DNA of 64,000 bases from contig OZ336876.1 in the NCBI GenBank assembly GCA_965287045.1, positions 62,496,001 to 62,560,000 of the forward strand, written 5' to 3'. Position 1 is the stretch's first letter, and each line of letters starts with the position of its first letter. This document shows positions 1-13,441 of the stretch, in pieces. A program made the translations under genes and the position numbers. This DNA is from Carcharhinus amblyrhynchos (Eukaryota). Under the pieces are notes generated by a model. It had not been told where the DNA came from. It ran no database searches and saw only the letters and a list, made by a program, of their open reading frames with translations.

Positions 1-1139
1 TAACAATGCCCTTCTCCCACAAATGATTTAACAATTGATGGATAAGAATAGATCAGATTTTCTAGGTCATCCAATTCCTGTCAACATCCTGGGAAAACCC
101 TGAATAGGATTATATGAAACACAAAGAAACATGGTTTGGTAGCAGAAAATTAACCATCGTAGCACTAGGTCATCACTAAAGGAGTTCCTTGAGTTCAGCC
201 ATCTTCAGTTGCTTCAATGACTAACATTTCATTTAATCAATGCAACTGGACTGAATATCCACCTTCTCCATCACTGATGAATGAATCAGAACCCTGAGCA
301 CCATCACCAGGAGGATTGCACTGGACTAAGATCACTAGCAGGCAATGATAAATCTGGCTGTGATGCTACTGCTGCGGCTGATGAGAGGAAAACACAGATC
401 TGGCAATGAAACAGAAGTTGTTCCAATTTTCCTTCATTCCACAGAATTTATTCAGCTTAGGTTAAAGAGCAAGAAAGAGCTGTTACATTGCTGGAAGGAG
501 AAAGATGAATAAATACATTGGCAAATTTTCAAACTAAACTAAAATACAGTCTCCAAATCTCACTACTCTTGAGTGCTGGATTTTCACTGCCAAGGCAATC
601 AGCTCAAGTCAGTAAATTTCCCAAGTCAGTAGACTCCCCTTGGCTTAAAAGGGCCATACATTTGGAACAAAAACCATTGGATCCTATAGCCCCTCACACC
701 AACTGCCTCCTTAGCCAGCTCCCACTCTCCAGGGTCCCTCTGCCAACTCGAGCCCCCACCTATTATAATGCTGCCTAGCCATGTTTATTACAAAAATCAT
801 ATACAATGGAAAAATAAATTTAAAGTTAGTCTTTTCCCTCAAGCAGATTTGCTCATGAGACATTTAACAAAAGTGGCATACTCTCCTCATTTCTTCAAAC
901 TTCACTGTTACAGTTGTGTCCATTATACTCTTCAGAAGCAAAATGAAATAAATGCGTCCATTTATAGGTTATACAATGCTTGTCACATGCCTTTAACGAT
1001 GCAATTGGTTTAACAATGTAATTGTTATATACTGTAATTGCAGGACCCAATCACAGACCTTCCCTTGCTGTTTAAAGTAATCTCTTGTTTATTTCATTCT
1101 TGAAATTGTGGAAAATATGTAAATTCCTTGAATGGTTAT

Positions 1140-2020
1140 CACCCCCATATTTGCTGACCTACATTGACTCCCGGTCAAGCAATGTCTTGATTTTAAAATT
1201 CCCATTCTTGTTTTCAAATCGCTCTTCATCTTCACGCCTCCCTACCTTTGTAAACTCCTCCAACTTCACAACTTGCAGCGGTACCTGCACTCCTCTAATT
1301 CTGGCTTCTTGCACACTCCCAATTTAGCTACTCCACCATTGGTGGCTGTGCCTTCAGTTGCCAAGGACTTAAGTACAGCAATTCCTTTACTGCACTGCTC
1401 CATTTTGCTTTTCCCTTTAAGAGACTCGGCCTTCAGTGGCCACCACCTGACTTTTCACAGATCTCTTGATTGGATGCAGAATGCCTGACTGCTAGGTGCC
1501 CTCTCACCGGGAGGCCAACAGAGCTTGCTGGGCAATCATTCAAGTGTGCTGGAAAGCCATTTAATCTGTATGCCACCACTAATGTGTGATGGGCTCAGGA
1601 TACTGGGTGTCAATTGTCTCATTAATAAGCCTAATTGACATTTCACCCTAAATATTGGATGAAGCCTAAGATGGGGTGCGATGCCTTATCTTATCAGCTT
1701 GGATTTTGTCTCCCTTGTGAAGACCAAGAATTGGAGTTAATTTGAATTTGAATTTGGTTTTTGGAGCAAGGAAGGAGATGGATTCAAGTCTGCCCAGTCC
1801 ACTCTGAGCATTGGCTTTGCAACTTTAAGAAGGAAAACTGACACAGGGCCTCTGCCATAATTAAATGGGCCTGGTCACTCATTTTCCCCATATTAATAGG
1901 ATGCATTAAATATAACCCCATGTCTGGAAATGTGGCTCAGTCTCATTTTTATTTTGTCATCCTCCTGTGAAGACCACAGAGATTATATTAAAGGCGCTTT
2001 ATAAATTTAAGGTGTTGTTG
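1140..2020 (+). mobile_element. old L2-clade LINE 3' end, interrupted at ~1440-1860
   Basis: Degenerate L2 ORF2 C-terminal sequence and the L2-type tail cctgtgaag…aaaggcgctttataaat…tgttgttg. Confidence 0.6.
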
Positions 2021-3259
2021 ATTAAGTAACACCGAGAAACTGAATTGCATTTTCACAAGTCTGTGAAGTATTTCCAAAAGTGTCTTGTTCAAATGAGTAC
2101 TCTGTAATAGAATTGGAAGATAGAAAGATGGTCTGTTTATGGAAGTTCAACTTTTTAAATTAAAGTAACATTTCCGTTTAAGCCTATTAAAAATCTAAAT
2201 AGATTGAAAATGCTGGTAATGATGATTTGACCAATAAATGTTTGTATTTGATGTGATCTGTGAACTGATTGGATATGCATGCAATAAACAGACAATGTTT
2301 AACCACATTCAGAGCAATGCAGTTGACATGGACCAAAATGTTAGTGGAGTCATTTCAATCCTTTATCTTTGGTTTGCCTGATTGGTTTCATCAGTACCTG
2401 CACCTGTGAAATAATCTTCAAAATGCTACCCTATTTCTTAAAAGCGCTCTGAACATGCAACACTTTCCTGTTGTGTGTATTATATGACATTATAATTTAG
2501 GTTGGGGGTCCCTGATTACAAATCCGTTTGAAGAGGAGTCTGTGAACCAAAATACTTTGCAAATCACTACATTAACATCTCAAAGAAAAAAAAAAGTCTT
2601 ATTTCCTTAAACTGTTTATGTGCATATAACAGTCTAAAAATTGGTAGAAATCTGTAATACTGGAGCATGCCAGGTGTCTACAACTAAGATAAATCTAGGA
2701 TGAATATTAGGGACAAAAGATTAAAGTTTCTGAATGCTCCTTTATGTACTTTCTGTCATTATTTTATATTTAATTTGAACACAGGTTCGAAGAGCTGAGA
2801 GAAAAGTATTGCACATCATATGACAGTTTTGGCAGACTGGTAAACAAACACTTACGATAGTCTTTAAAATGTATACATCTAGCATTCTTGGTAATTCTCT
2901 GCATCACATAACTTCATGTGAGAAATATTCAAAAAATAAGTTAAAATGCCAATAGGATGAATAAAAACACTGCCCAAACACAGAAGCAGTTGCCTGATAG
3001 TACAGCATTTGAATATTGATGAAAAATGAGAGAAGTTATTGAAACTTTTCACCTCATTAGGACAGAGACAAGAATGTCAAATTTTAAAAGGAAAAGCAGT
3101 TTGTTCTGCATAAGAAAAGTCTGTTGGTCGGCTGGCAAGTCAACTCAGGGTGATATGTTACCGTGGAGAATGTACCAGGGAACTTTTGGCTCCCGTGCTT
3201 TTGTTTAATTTGAACAGTCACAAAACTTGCACATGTTGTTTCGCCCACCCACCGCAGTG

Positions 3260-3606
3260 GGAGGCATGGTAGCAGCCCAGTAGCACAGTGGTACTGCTTC
3301 ACAGCTCCAGCGACTTAGGTTCAATTCCTGGCTTGGGTCACTGTCTGTGGGGAGTTTGCACACTCTTTTTGTGTCTGCCTGGGTTTCCTCGGGGTGCTCC
3401 GGTTTCCCCCCACAGTCCAAAGGTGTGCAGGTTAGGTTGATTGGCCATGCTAAAAATTGCCCTTAGTGTCCTGAGATGCATAGGTTAGGGGGATTAGTGG
3501 GTAAATATGTAGGGATATGGGAGTAGGACCTGGGTGGGATTGTGGTCGATGCAGACTCAATGGGCCAAATGGTCTCTTTCTGTACTGTAGGATTTCTATG
3601 ATTTCT
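3260..3606 (+). mobile_element. HE1-type V-SINE
   Basis: tRNA-derived head (ggttcaattcc B box), V-domain ggagtttgcac…gggtttcctcggggtgctccggtttcc, CR1-like tail ending in tctatga repeats. Confidence 0.9.
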
Positions 3607-4071
3607 TGTTTCTGCCCATGGAGGACAGATCCCTGTGCATGTAGCTTTGAGCAAGTCTAAGTGAGCCACAAGTCAACTGACTGATAATCTTAAATCAGCT
3701 GTTAGTGTAATTCTTAGCATATTCAGAATTGTCCAGCAAGCAGTGTCCAATCGTGGAATCATATCACAAAATGTCAGTTAGGATGTTCTGAATTTTACAT
3801 GTGCATGTTAATTGAATATGATCAGTGCAGTGCCTACTGTGAACAGGCAAAGGAACATACAGTTTGATATGGGTTACTAATCGTTGGAATGTCTATCCTA
3901 CGTACCTGGAAATTTAGATACCACATTATTTATTTGTGTGGTAGGCAGATGTCTCATTGGCTTGTTGACAACATTCTGTTACTGAAACGTGTAAAAGTAT
4001 CTGTTTATGGATACATGGACTAAAAATGGGTAGAAATCTGTAATCCTGTCTGCAGTCCTGTTACTGCCTTA

Positions 4072-4270
4072 AAGCAAAGATGTGCAGCTTATGTGGATTG
4101 ACCATGCTAAATTGCCCCTCTTACTGTCCCAAGATGTGTAGGTTAGATGGATTAGCCATGTGCGGGTTTATGGAAATAAGGCAGAGGAGAGGGCTGGGTG
4201 AGACACTCTATCAGAGTTGGTGCAGACTCGATGGCTGTACTGTACTATAGGGATTGTATGATGCTATGAT
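4072..4270 (+). mobile_element. 5'-truncated HE1-type SINE
   Basis: aaagatgtgcag…ccatgctaaattgcccc…gcagactcgatgg…ctatgat tail. Confidence 0.8.
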
Positions 4271-4329
4271 TACCTGCTGCCATGTTAAACTTCTCACAGC
4301 CAGTTTGTGAAGGAGGAGACCAGAAACCA

Positions 4330-4730
4330 ATCTTTATTCAGTTTTTGAACAAAGTGATATATTGTGAGAAAACTAAAACAAATGACCAAATTAACTAATG
4401 AACAACCACTTAATAGGGCACTGCAACTAAAACAGAATTTGAAAGGAAGCTTATCAAAATTAAATGTCATTTTAGGGGGTGTTGATATACTCCAGCCTCT
4501 GTGGCACCCACAGTCAGCAGAAGGCTTCAAGAGCGCTGGTGGAAAGTGTCTCTTCATACTCTTTAGAGTAACAAGTAAACAATGAAAAAATAATCAAATG
4601 ATTAGCCCTTATAGGGACACTATAAAAGAAAAAGACAAAACTTAAAAAAAAATTAAATTAAAAACATATTTGTGGGGCTGATGATGCAGCACTTCAGCCC
4701 CTGCAGCACTCACTGGCTGCAGAAGCCTTC
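4330..4730 (-). mobile_element. two stacked Tx1-like LINE 3' ends
   Basis: Minus strand carries two related degenerate ORF2 ends (…STSALEAFC*LWVPQRLEY at ~4485-4555; …KAFCSQ*VLQGLKCCII at ~4670-4730), each followed by an AT-rich 3' UTR. Confidence 0.55.
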
Positions 4731-4988
4731 AAATATATTGTTGGAAAATGTCTCTTTATATTTGCACAATTTACTATCAAATACGTGCCCGCCTCCAACC
4801 GCTAGACAATTAACCTTAATTTATACAATTATCATAAGTTTTCAAACATTCTTTGATTTTACTTCATGAGTTTCTGGGAAGAAAATACATTTTTGCTGCA
4901 GTATGCCTGATTATAACATTGTAAGTTGATAAAGTTTGCTTTTGTTGTTACTTGAATGATTGCACCATTATCTTCCTGTATCTTTCAG

Positions 4989-5114
4989 TCATCCTGGTCT
5001 CAATGGAGATGACTTACTTTGTCAGTGGGTTGCTGTTTGCTGGCTTGGTTAAAGAATGGGTTTGGGATTATGCCATTACAGTTACTCTCATTCATGTCGC
5101 AGTCACCTCAACAG
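4989..5114 (+). CDS. TMEM244: TMEM244 internal coding exon (126 nt, phase 1-1)
   Basis: Acceptor tctttcAG (4987-4988), donor GTaag (5115). Translates (V)ILVSMEMTYFVSGLLFAGLVKEWVWDYAITVTLIHVAVTST, matching the recalled TMEM244 segment VLLVSTEVTYFVCGL...VEEWVWDYAISVTILHVAITST. Confidence 0.95.
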
Positions 5115-6664
5115 GTAAGAAATGTATTCTGTATCATTTGAATGCTCAAAATATGATATTTTCTAAGAGATATCTAATATTGATGTAAACAAAACTTCAT
5201 GCCTCATACACTCAGGATAACACCATAAGTCTGAGCAGAAAAAGACATATTGTACCACCATTTGAAGTGCAAGAAGATTCCTTTTCAACAGAGAATACAT
5301 GTGAGAGTTGGGAAGTGTAATGTGTTGAAAACTGAATGGCAGAGGGAATCTTAAATGAGGAAAAAATCAATGTTCTAACATGCGCAGTTCTGACTACAAA
5401 TACGTTTTGGTGAATCTTTTTTTTTCTTCCCAAGAGCATCACAGGAAGTGACCTAGTGACCAGCATGATCTATGGGTTAAGGGCTGGGGAAACGTAATGT
5501 GGCAAATACCTTTTTGTGGAATTGTCTTTGCATCATCCCTAGCACTACACTGAAGTAATGGTGGTGGGGAAGTTTATTAGGGTGAGGTGCCTTGAATACA
5601 AAGAGTAGTCCTGATGTCCCAAGAACCATTGTTTCTGTTATGACCAAGCAGATGTTAATTGCCATGCAAACAAAGTCACAAAGAGAAATTTGTGCTACTT
5701 ACCATAATTCTATTTTTTCTTGAATTTTGACCGTAGGATGGTAAGTTTACCAAAGTTGGAATTTAAAAATTACAGTAACATGTGGGATTTAACATTATAT
5801 AAGAGCATTTATTTCCAAATGAAAGAAAACATAAACACATAAGATTACATTTACACAGTTAAAATTAGTGTCTCAGAAATTCCCTCTCAAAAACCTTCTT
5901 ATTTGGTTATACTCACAAATGAGCACCCTTTTAGGCACAATCTCTTATGCTTGATTATACACAAGGCAAACCCATGTCTGCAATAGGAAAGATATATTGT
6001 AGCACTTCTCATTCTCTGTTCCACTTTGCTATGGAAATTCAAGAAACTTCAAAATACCAGACTAATTCTTTGCAGCCTCATGATATTTCTGGCTCACCTC
6101 AGTGGTGGATTTCACTTTGCCTCTTCACAGTTCTCTTCTGTACACAGAATAGCATCCCAGGGTGACTCACATGGTCACTCTCAACACAGCTCTCACATCT
6201 CTCCTGAAATATTTTTTCCTTTCATTTTTATTTCATTGTCTTTAATCCTTTTTTGATACTTAACTTTCCCAGGATATAACATTTTTCACGTTCTGTCAAT
6301 TGCCCCAACTTTCAGGTCAAATAAAATTTAATAACCTTGCCTTACTTATTTATGACCATTTTCAGGTTGTAAACCTCTCTTACTCCCCTTTGAAATTTCA
6401 CAATGGAAAATAGACCTTTTTTATTTCCTAATGCAAATTTCCACCCTTGGCTCAATATTTTATAGAAAATTCAACTTGGCCATGCTTACTTCAAGTGCAC
6501 GCCTTGCATATCTATCCCCTTGTGATGCCCTAAACATTGCAGCTCATCTGTCTTCCATTTAATTAAATTCATTTTATACACATACACAGACACAATACAG
6601 CCTCAAACCTATTTCACAGAATAACACAATAAACCCCAAAAATATATTTTTTATATCTTTAGTC

Positions 6665-6860
6665 ATAGCCAGCATATCAAGGAAATGGAATGCATTAGAC
6701 TGCTCCATCTCAAAAGTGATTTTGAGTGTGGGTTGGAGCATCTTAAGGTGCGGAAGGAAATATTGTATCAGACAGCATGTTCCTTCCATTGATTGCAATA
6801 GGCAGGGTGCAGGCTCTACTCAACCAGCCAATACTTGAAAACCCAAAACAAAATATCTAA
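6665..6860 (-). mobile_element. degraded Penelope-like RT fragment
   Basis: ORF 6574-6798 contains LQPTLKITFEMEQSNAFHFLDML, matching the PLE RT motif LHPxLKFTxExE…LPFLD. Confidence 0.65.
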
Positions 6861-8302
6861 CTCTAGATATGATTCTGAGATTGGGCTGCACTTGCTGAAT
6901 AGTTTTGAGTACACTAATAGCTATAACAATCAATCTAAATTAGTTGAGCTCCTAACATGGTTCATCTGTGCATGCTAGAAGTGACATATTCACAGGCACA
7001 TACCAATTCTCTACAAACAAAATAAGTACTTTCAAACCTTGTGTATTTTTTTTAATTACCAGAGAGCTTGGGGAACCCCTGTTCTGTTCTCCATAGTGTT
7101 GTTTTAGCCAACCAGTGTCAGCTTACCATCTAACCATAACCACTTTTGCCTATGGCATCAATTATTACGATCATTTGAAATTTGGCATTCTTGCATTTGT
7201 CCTGATGAGTGCAATCACATCTCCCACAGGTTTTTGTTCCTCTGCACAGCATCAGTGGCTGGCAGCTTAGAGTCAAGGGTTATTCTCTGAGGACCTGGCT
7301 GATGAATCCTGGAAGAGTCCCTGTCAGTGACCCATACCACTAACCCAAAATATATCATTCCCACACTCAGAAACCTAGCCATCATGTTTGACATTGTTTT
7401 CTCACCCTCTAACCTGGTGACACCAATCTCCTGAAGGCCATTTAAAATTCAGGAAAGTGCATTACAGGCAAATGAAGATTTCAGATAAAGTGTTTGAATC
7501 AGAGAAATCAACAGATAAATTAGATCATTAAACATTGTTAAAAACACTCAAATCCTCTTGTGTGACTAAGTCTTTCTTATTCACTTCTGATTCCTCCTAT
7601 TATGTGATGCAACCCATGTGGCTTCAGCAGAGCTGGAGACAAGCTGTCCATTCCCCTGCTCTGAGAGTTGAGATGTCTCTTGCTGACAGCTTCTGGGATT
7701 GAAAACAGTGAGGACCCACTAAAGGGATCCTCACCTGCACTGGTGCGGGGTTAACTGTCATTAGGATAAGAACCAGCAGAGGCTGACGAGAGGTGATGGA
7801 ATAAGGAATGAGTGGTGGGAGAGAAGAATTCCCACTGCATCTTTCCTCTCACATCTTGCCTGCTGTCCGAGGGCTGCAGAGAACCTGGCTGCGCTTCAGT
7901 GAGTCACTGAGTCACCACAGTGAGGCTTTCCTCCTTCCTGTGTAATGTGACAGACTGAGTGTGCAGATCTTCAGTCATGGCCAACCTGCAGTCAATGATT
8001 TGCGTTGTCTGGTTCTTCATGCAGATGGTCACTCATGAAGGACGGTAAGAACAGACCAGTTGAAGTAAAATTTTGCCTTTAGAGTGGAATTTATCTGAGA
8101 TCGTCAAATATAATGTTAAACTTCAAAAACCTCAGAAATTTTTGGATTCATAAGTAGAGGCATAAAATATGAAAGCTTGGTAGTTATAGTAAACCTTTTT
8201 AAACACAGGTTATTGTATCCATTTCTGAGCAACATGTTTTATGGGGAAAGTCAATAGCTTGGAGAAAATGTAGAAGCATTTACCAGAATGGTAACAGAGA
8301 CA

Positions 8303-8429
8303 GGGGCCAGAATTTTATCATTCCACCCCACGAGGATTGGAGAGGAAGAGAGGTGGACCATGGAAAAGTCTGTTGACCTCAGGCGGCATTTTCCAGTTTT
8401 GGGATAAGCGAAGCCATAAAATCCCGGCC
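8303..8429. mobile_element. short Harbinger-type MITE
   Basis: Terminal inverted repeats ggccagaatttta … taaaatcccggcc. Confidence 0.7.
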
Positions 8430-8484
8430 AAGGGATTTCAGTTCATGGGAAGATGCTGGAGAATGTGAGATTGTTCTGCTTCAA

Positions 8485-10856
8485 CTGTGTAATGAGGCAG
8501 GTAGAATACTGTGTAACGAGGCAGGTAGAATTAGGGGTCTTCTTGTGAGGGATCCTCTTGGGATGAGTGATCATAGTATGGTTGAATTTCTGATGCAGAT
8601 AGAGGATGAGAAAGTAGGGTCCTGAGCCTGTGTCCTCTGTTTGAACAGACGGGAGTATGAAAGGATGAGAGCGGAATTGGCGAATGTAGATTGGGAGCGC
8701 AGATTGGTTGGTAGGACGGCTGAGGAACAGTGAAGGATTTTTAAGGAGATTTTTTTCGGTACTCAGCAGAAATATATTCCAATGGTAAAGAAGGACTATA
8801 GGAGAAGGGATAACCAGCCGTGGTTATAGAAGGAAATAAAGGAGAGTATTAAATTAAAAGCTGATGTGTTTAGAGCGGCTAAAAATAGTGGGCAATTAGA
8901 AGATTGGGAAAGATTTAAAAAACAACAAAGAATGACTAAGAAAGCGATAAAGAAAAGAAAGATAGAGTATGAAGCTAAACTAGCTCTAAATATAAAAAAT
9001 GATAGTAGAAGTTTTTACAAATATATAAAGAAGAAGAGACTGGCTAGAGTGAATGTTGGACCCTTGGAGGACGAGAGGGGGGATTTAGCGCTGGGTAACG
9101 AGGAAATGGCTGAGGCTTTAAATAAGGTTTTTGTGTCGGTCTTCACGGAGGAGGACACAAGTAGCTTGCCGGATATTAAAGATAGAAGGATGGTAGGAGA
9201 TGAGGTCCTTAATGCGATTACTGTCACTAGAGAGGTAGTACTTGATAGACTAACGGGACTGAAGGTAGACAAGTCCCCAGGACTGGATGGAATGCATCCC
9301 AGGTTTCTGAAAGAAACGGCAGAGGTGATAACGGATGTCTTAGTAATTATTTATCAAAATTCACTGGACTCCGGGGAAGTGCCAGAAGATTGGAAAATGG
9401 CTAATGTTACGCCGCTGTTTAAAAAGGGTAGCAGGCAAAAGGCAGGGAATTATAGGCCGGTTAGTTTAACGTCCGTAGTTGGAAAAATGCTAGAATCCGT
9501 CATCAAAGAAGAAATAGTGAGGCACCTAGAAAAGAACGGTTTGATCAAGCAGACGCAGCACGGATACATTAAGGGAAGTCGTGTTTAACGAGTTTATTGG
9601 ATTTCTATGAGGATGTGACTAGTGCGGTAGACAGAGGGGAACCTGTGGATGTGGTGTTTTTAGATTTCCAAAAGGCGTTTGACAAGGTGCCTCACAAAAG
9701 ATTGCTGCAAAAGGTTAGAGTGCACGGAGTTGGGGGTAAGGTGTTAGCGTGGATAGAGGATTGGTTATCTAATAGGAAGCAGAGAGTTGGAATCAATGGG
9801 TACTATTCTGATTGGCAGTTGGTGACTAGTGGAGTGCCGCAGGGATCGGTGCTGGGGCCTCAACTGTTTGCCATTTACATAGATGATCTGGAGGAGGGGT
9901 CTGAGTGTAAGGTAACGAAATTTGCTGTTGACATGAAGATGAGTGGAAAAGCAAATTGTGTGGAGGGTGTGGAAAGTCTGCAGAGAGATCTGGATAGGTT
10001 GAGTGAGTGGACAAGGACCTGGGAGTTGGAATACAATGTTAGCAAGTGTGAGGTTATCCACTTTGGTAGAAATAATAGGAGGGATTATTATTTAAAAGAC
10101 AAAAAGCTGCAGCATGCTACGGTGCAGAGGGACCCAGGGGTCCTTGTGCATGAGTCGCAAAAACCCAGTCTGCAGGTGCAGCAGGTGATCAAGAAGGTGA
10201 ATGGAATGCTGGCCTTTATAGCAAGGGGGATAGAATATAAAAGCAGGAAGGCCTTGCTGCAACTGTATAGGGTACTGGTGAGGCCACAACTGGAGTACTG
10301 TGTGCAGTTTTGGTCGCTGCATTTGAGGAAGGATATATTGGCCTTGGAGGGAGTGCAGAGAAGGCTGCATTAGGCTAATACCGGAGATGAGGGGGTTGGA
10401 CTATGAGGAGAGTTTGAAGAGACTGAGTCTGTACTCGTTGGAGTTTAGAAGGATGAGGGGGGATCTTCTAAGAGACATATCAGATAATGAAGGGGATAGA
10501 TAGGGTAGAGGTAGAGAGATTCTTCCCGCATAGAAAGGATTGCAGAACTAGAGGGCACAGCCTCAAAATAAGTGGGGGGCATGCAGTTTAGATCGGAGTT
10601 GAGGAGGAACTTCTTCACTCAGAGGGTGGTGAGTCTCTGGAATTCTCTGCCCATTGAAGTGGTGGAGGCTACCTCGCTGAATATATTTAAGTCACAGGTA
10701 GATAGGTTTCTGATAGACAAGGGAATTAAGGGTTATGGGGAGAAAGCGGGAAAGTGGAACTGATCCACTTCAGATCAGCCATGATCTTATTGAATGGCGG
10801 GGCAGGCTCAAAGGGCTAGATGGCCTACTCCTGCTCCTATTTCTTATGTTCTTATG
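8485..10856 (+). mobile_element. young 5'-truncated CR1 LINE (ORF2 RT, frameshifted)
   Basis: ORFs 8866-9588 and 9597-10373 carry KSPGLDGMHPR, GNYRPVSLTS, FLDFQKAFDKVPH and GVPQGSVLGP; (tcttatgt)n tail; probable TSD TTCAA at 8480-8484 and 10857-10861. Confidence 0.95.
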
Positions 10857-11407
10857 TTCAAGTGGGAAGATTGAGGGAAGGCTTAATTAAGGTGTACAAA
10901 AGTATAACTGAGAAAGTGTTTCCATTGGCAGGAGAGTCAGTAAACAAGGATATAGATTCAAGATAATTGGCAAAAGAATTAGAGAGGAGGTGAGAATTAT
11001 TTTAGGCAGCAATTTGTTCTGAGCTAGAATGCATTGCCTGAAAGTGTGGTGGAAGCAGATTCAATAGCAAATTTCAAATGGAATTAAATAAATACTTGAA
11101 AAGGAGACAAATTGCAGGGGTGTGAGGAAAGATCAGGGGAGTGAGGCTAATTGGATAGCTCTTTCAATGAGCTGGCACAGACACAGTGGGCCAAATGATC
11201 TTAATAATTGAACAATTCTAATGAAGCTTACACTTGCTATAATGAAGCTCATTTCATGCCTGAAATTACATATTGCAAAATGCTGCCAGAGTAAAATGAT
11301 TTCATTTCCAATGCTGTGAAGGGGCATTGTACACTCAGGCTTGCATCTTGACTTCTTTATCTACTATATCTAATATTCTTCAATTCAAAGCGTTGATTCC
11401 ATGATAT

Positions 11408-12700
11408 GGGGAGCAATTCTCCAGGCTCGCTGCACTGCTCGAGTAGTGCAGCGGGCTGGGAGACATCAGCAGGGACCATTTCACGGGCTTCCGCTGGGTG
11501 TCACAACATCCGCGCATCTCCAGAGGTAAGTTTATCAGCCTAATCAGCTCTGCATTGGAAATCAGCACAGAGCTGATTACAATATGGAAATCAACATTTC
11601 CATCTGATTAGTGGGTTAGGGAATGAAGTCTCCAGGCCAGCGAGCATCTCCACGCACCCCCCACCCCCCTGTCGGGAGTTGTGCACCCCAGCAAAATTTG
11701 CTCCTGCTCCCCACTAATGGGGAACAGATGATCGACCCCGCTTGAGGGAACAAAGGCCATTGAGGCCCCCTGATGAAGTTGGGGGCAAGGGGGTGATAAC
11801 CCTTTGACAGTGCCAGCATGGCAGTGCCAGCCTGTTATTGCTCAAGGGGCAAACTGATACTGCCCAAGAGGCACCTTGGCACTGCCCACAGGCCATCGGG
11901 CAGTGCCAAGGGGATGGGACCAGAGGGGGTGGAGCCTATTTGAGGGCAGGGCCTATTGGGGTTCAATCAGTGGGGAAGGGGTACGTGCTGTCACTCTGCA
12001 TTGGGGTCAATGGCAGAGGGAGAGAAGAGGGCAATTGGGGCTGACCATCCGGATGGGGGGTGAGGTCGGGATTGCCGGGGAAGAGCTCACGGATAGTCAT
12101 TGGAGGTGTGGGGCGGGTCAGGACTGTTGGGGGAGGGAGACCTTGGGGCTAGCCGATGGGGAGGTGGTGGAGGCAGGGGTGGTGGGGCCTTCAAGGGTGG
12201 AGACATTGGAAGTGGCCCACGGGTGGGGGTGATGGGGGAGGGTTGGGACTGTCAGGGGGGGACAGGCAGCGGGGAGACTTTGGGGCTGGTCAGGGGGCCA
12301 GGGTATTGGGGCGGCCCGGAGAGATCTGGGATGTCAACAATTTGGGGATGGGTGATTGGAAGGCCAGCAATGAGGGGTTGCAGGGTTGACCAGCGATTGG
12401 GCTGGCCAGCAATCTGGACACCAGCAAGGTGGGGGTGGTTGGGAGGGGTCACTGTGCATGCGCTGATCTCTGCACTGACAGATCGGAGCATGCACAGTGA
12501 CCTGCTCAGTGTTATGCTGCTGGCCTCTCAGGCAGGAATAGGCCCTGTCCCCAGATTTCCAGACTGAATCCCGTAAGGACACTCCATGATGCACAGAGTA
12601 TCAGAGATTCATTCTGGGAATCGTGCTGAAAATATAGAGGGATTTACTCCCATTTTCCTGCATTTTGGGGACTTCAAATTTCTTTGGGGAAATCCCGGCC
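11408..12700. mobile_element. non-autonomous Harbinger-type element, G-rich interior
   Basis: Ends ggggagcaattctcc … gggaaatcccggcc resemble other Harbinger/MITE termini here; subterminal palindrome at ~11421-11460. Confidence 0.55.
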
Positions 12701-13010
12701 ATAGTGGTCTCAGCAGAACCTAAGGTGTACTTCATGAAAATGCTGCTCTCCAATGCTGGATCAAATGATCAGCCAGTTGTTTGTTGGTAAACCTGCTGAG
12801 TTTTTCCAGCACGTTCTTTTTTTTATCTCCAACTCTCCTGATTACTACTCGAAACCACTTCTGAATTGCAGTCTTTCTCAGTTTCCAGGGATTGTTTCCT
12901 ATATTGGCCAATTATCCCCTCCCTAATCTGCTTCCACCCTGGCTGTGATCAGCTAAGTAAAAAGTCTGACAACACCAGGTTTTAGTCCAACCGATTTATT
13001 TGATAATAGA

Positions 13011-13047
13011 CTCACAAGCTTTCGGGTTAGTCCCTTCATCAGGTGAA
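13011..13047 (-). ncRNA. minimal type I hammerhead ribozyme (inverted arm copy)
   Basis: Reverse complement reads UUCAC-CUGAUGA-A-GGG acuaa CCC-GAA-AGCU-U-GUGAG. Confidence 0.8.
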
Positions 13048-13404
13048 TGGAGAGTTCTGGCCTCAGACAGAGCATATAAAGCACAGACAGTTTACAGATT
13101 ACTGATTAGAATGCGAATCCTTACACCTAACCTACTGTTCAAGACCTGAAGTGGCTGACAATGTGAGTGGAAGGAGCACTGATCACAGGTTACAGAGATG
13201 TGTATTGTCTCTAGACAATACAGTAAGTGAGGTTTTGCAAACCCAGGCAAGTCACGGGGGTTACAGATAGTGCGACATGAACCCAAGATCCCTGTTGAGA
13301 CCGTCCTCATGTGTGCGGAACTTGGCTATCAGTCTCTGCATTCTAATCAGTAATCTCTAAACTGACTGTGCTTTATATGCTCTGTCTGAGGCCAGAACTC
13401 TCCA

Positions 13405-13441
13405 TTCACCTGACGAAGGGACTAACCCGAAAGCTTGTGAG
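13405..13441 (+). ncRNA. minimal type I hammerhead ribozyme (PLE pseudo-LTR)
   Basis: UUCAC-CUGACGA-A-GGG acuaa CCC-GAA-AGCU-U-GUGAG: catalytic core, stem II, palindromic stem III and stem I all present. Confidence 0.8.

Larger units (their letters stand above)
8100..11220 (+). mobile_element. old CR1 3' fragment (8100-8484 and 10862-11220) split by a MITE and a younger CR1
   Basis: Degenerate CR1 ORF2 C-terminus (…taccagaatgg…ttgttctgct | gtgggaagattgagggaag…) continues colinearly on both sides of the inserts. Confidence 0.7.

Noticed and set aside
2785-2839. Exon-like segment (acag|G…CTG|gtaaac; FEELREKYCTSYDSFGRL) as the preceding TMEM244 exon
   Set aside because: It lacks the conserved PFDFK..PSW motif, and in this frame its donor phase does not fit the phase-1 acceptor at 4989.
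4952-5188. 78-aa ORF as a complete gene
   Set aside because: Only 4989-5114 is exon; the rest is intronic read-through.
7190-7220. Additional hammerhead (gtcCTGATGAgtgcaa)
   Set aside because: Truncated; no GAAA or stem III follows.
11838-12594. Cluster of overlapping Gly/Trp-rich ORFs
   Set aside because: G-rich interior of a non-autonomous transposon; no domain or splice structure.
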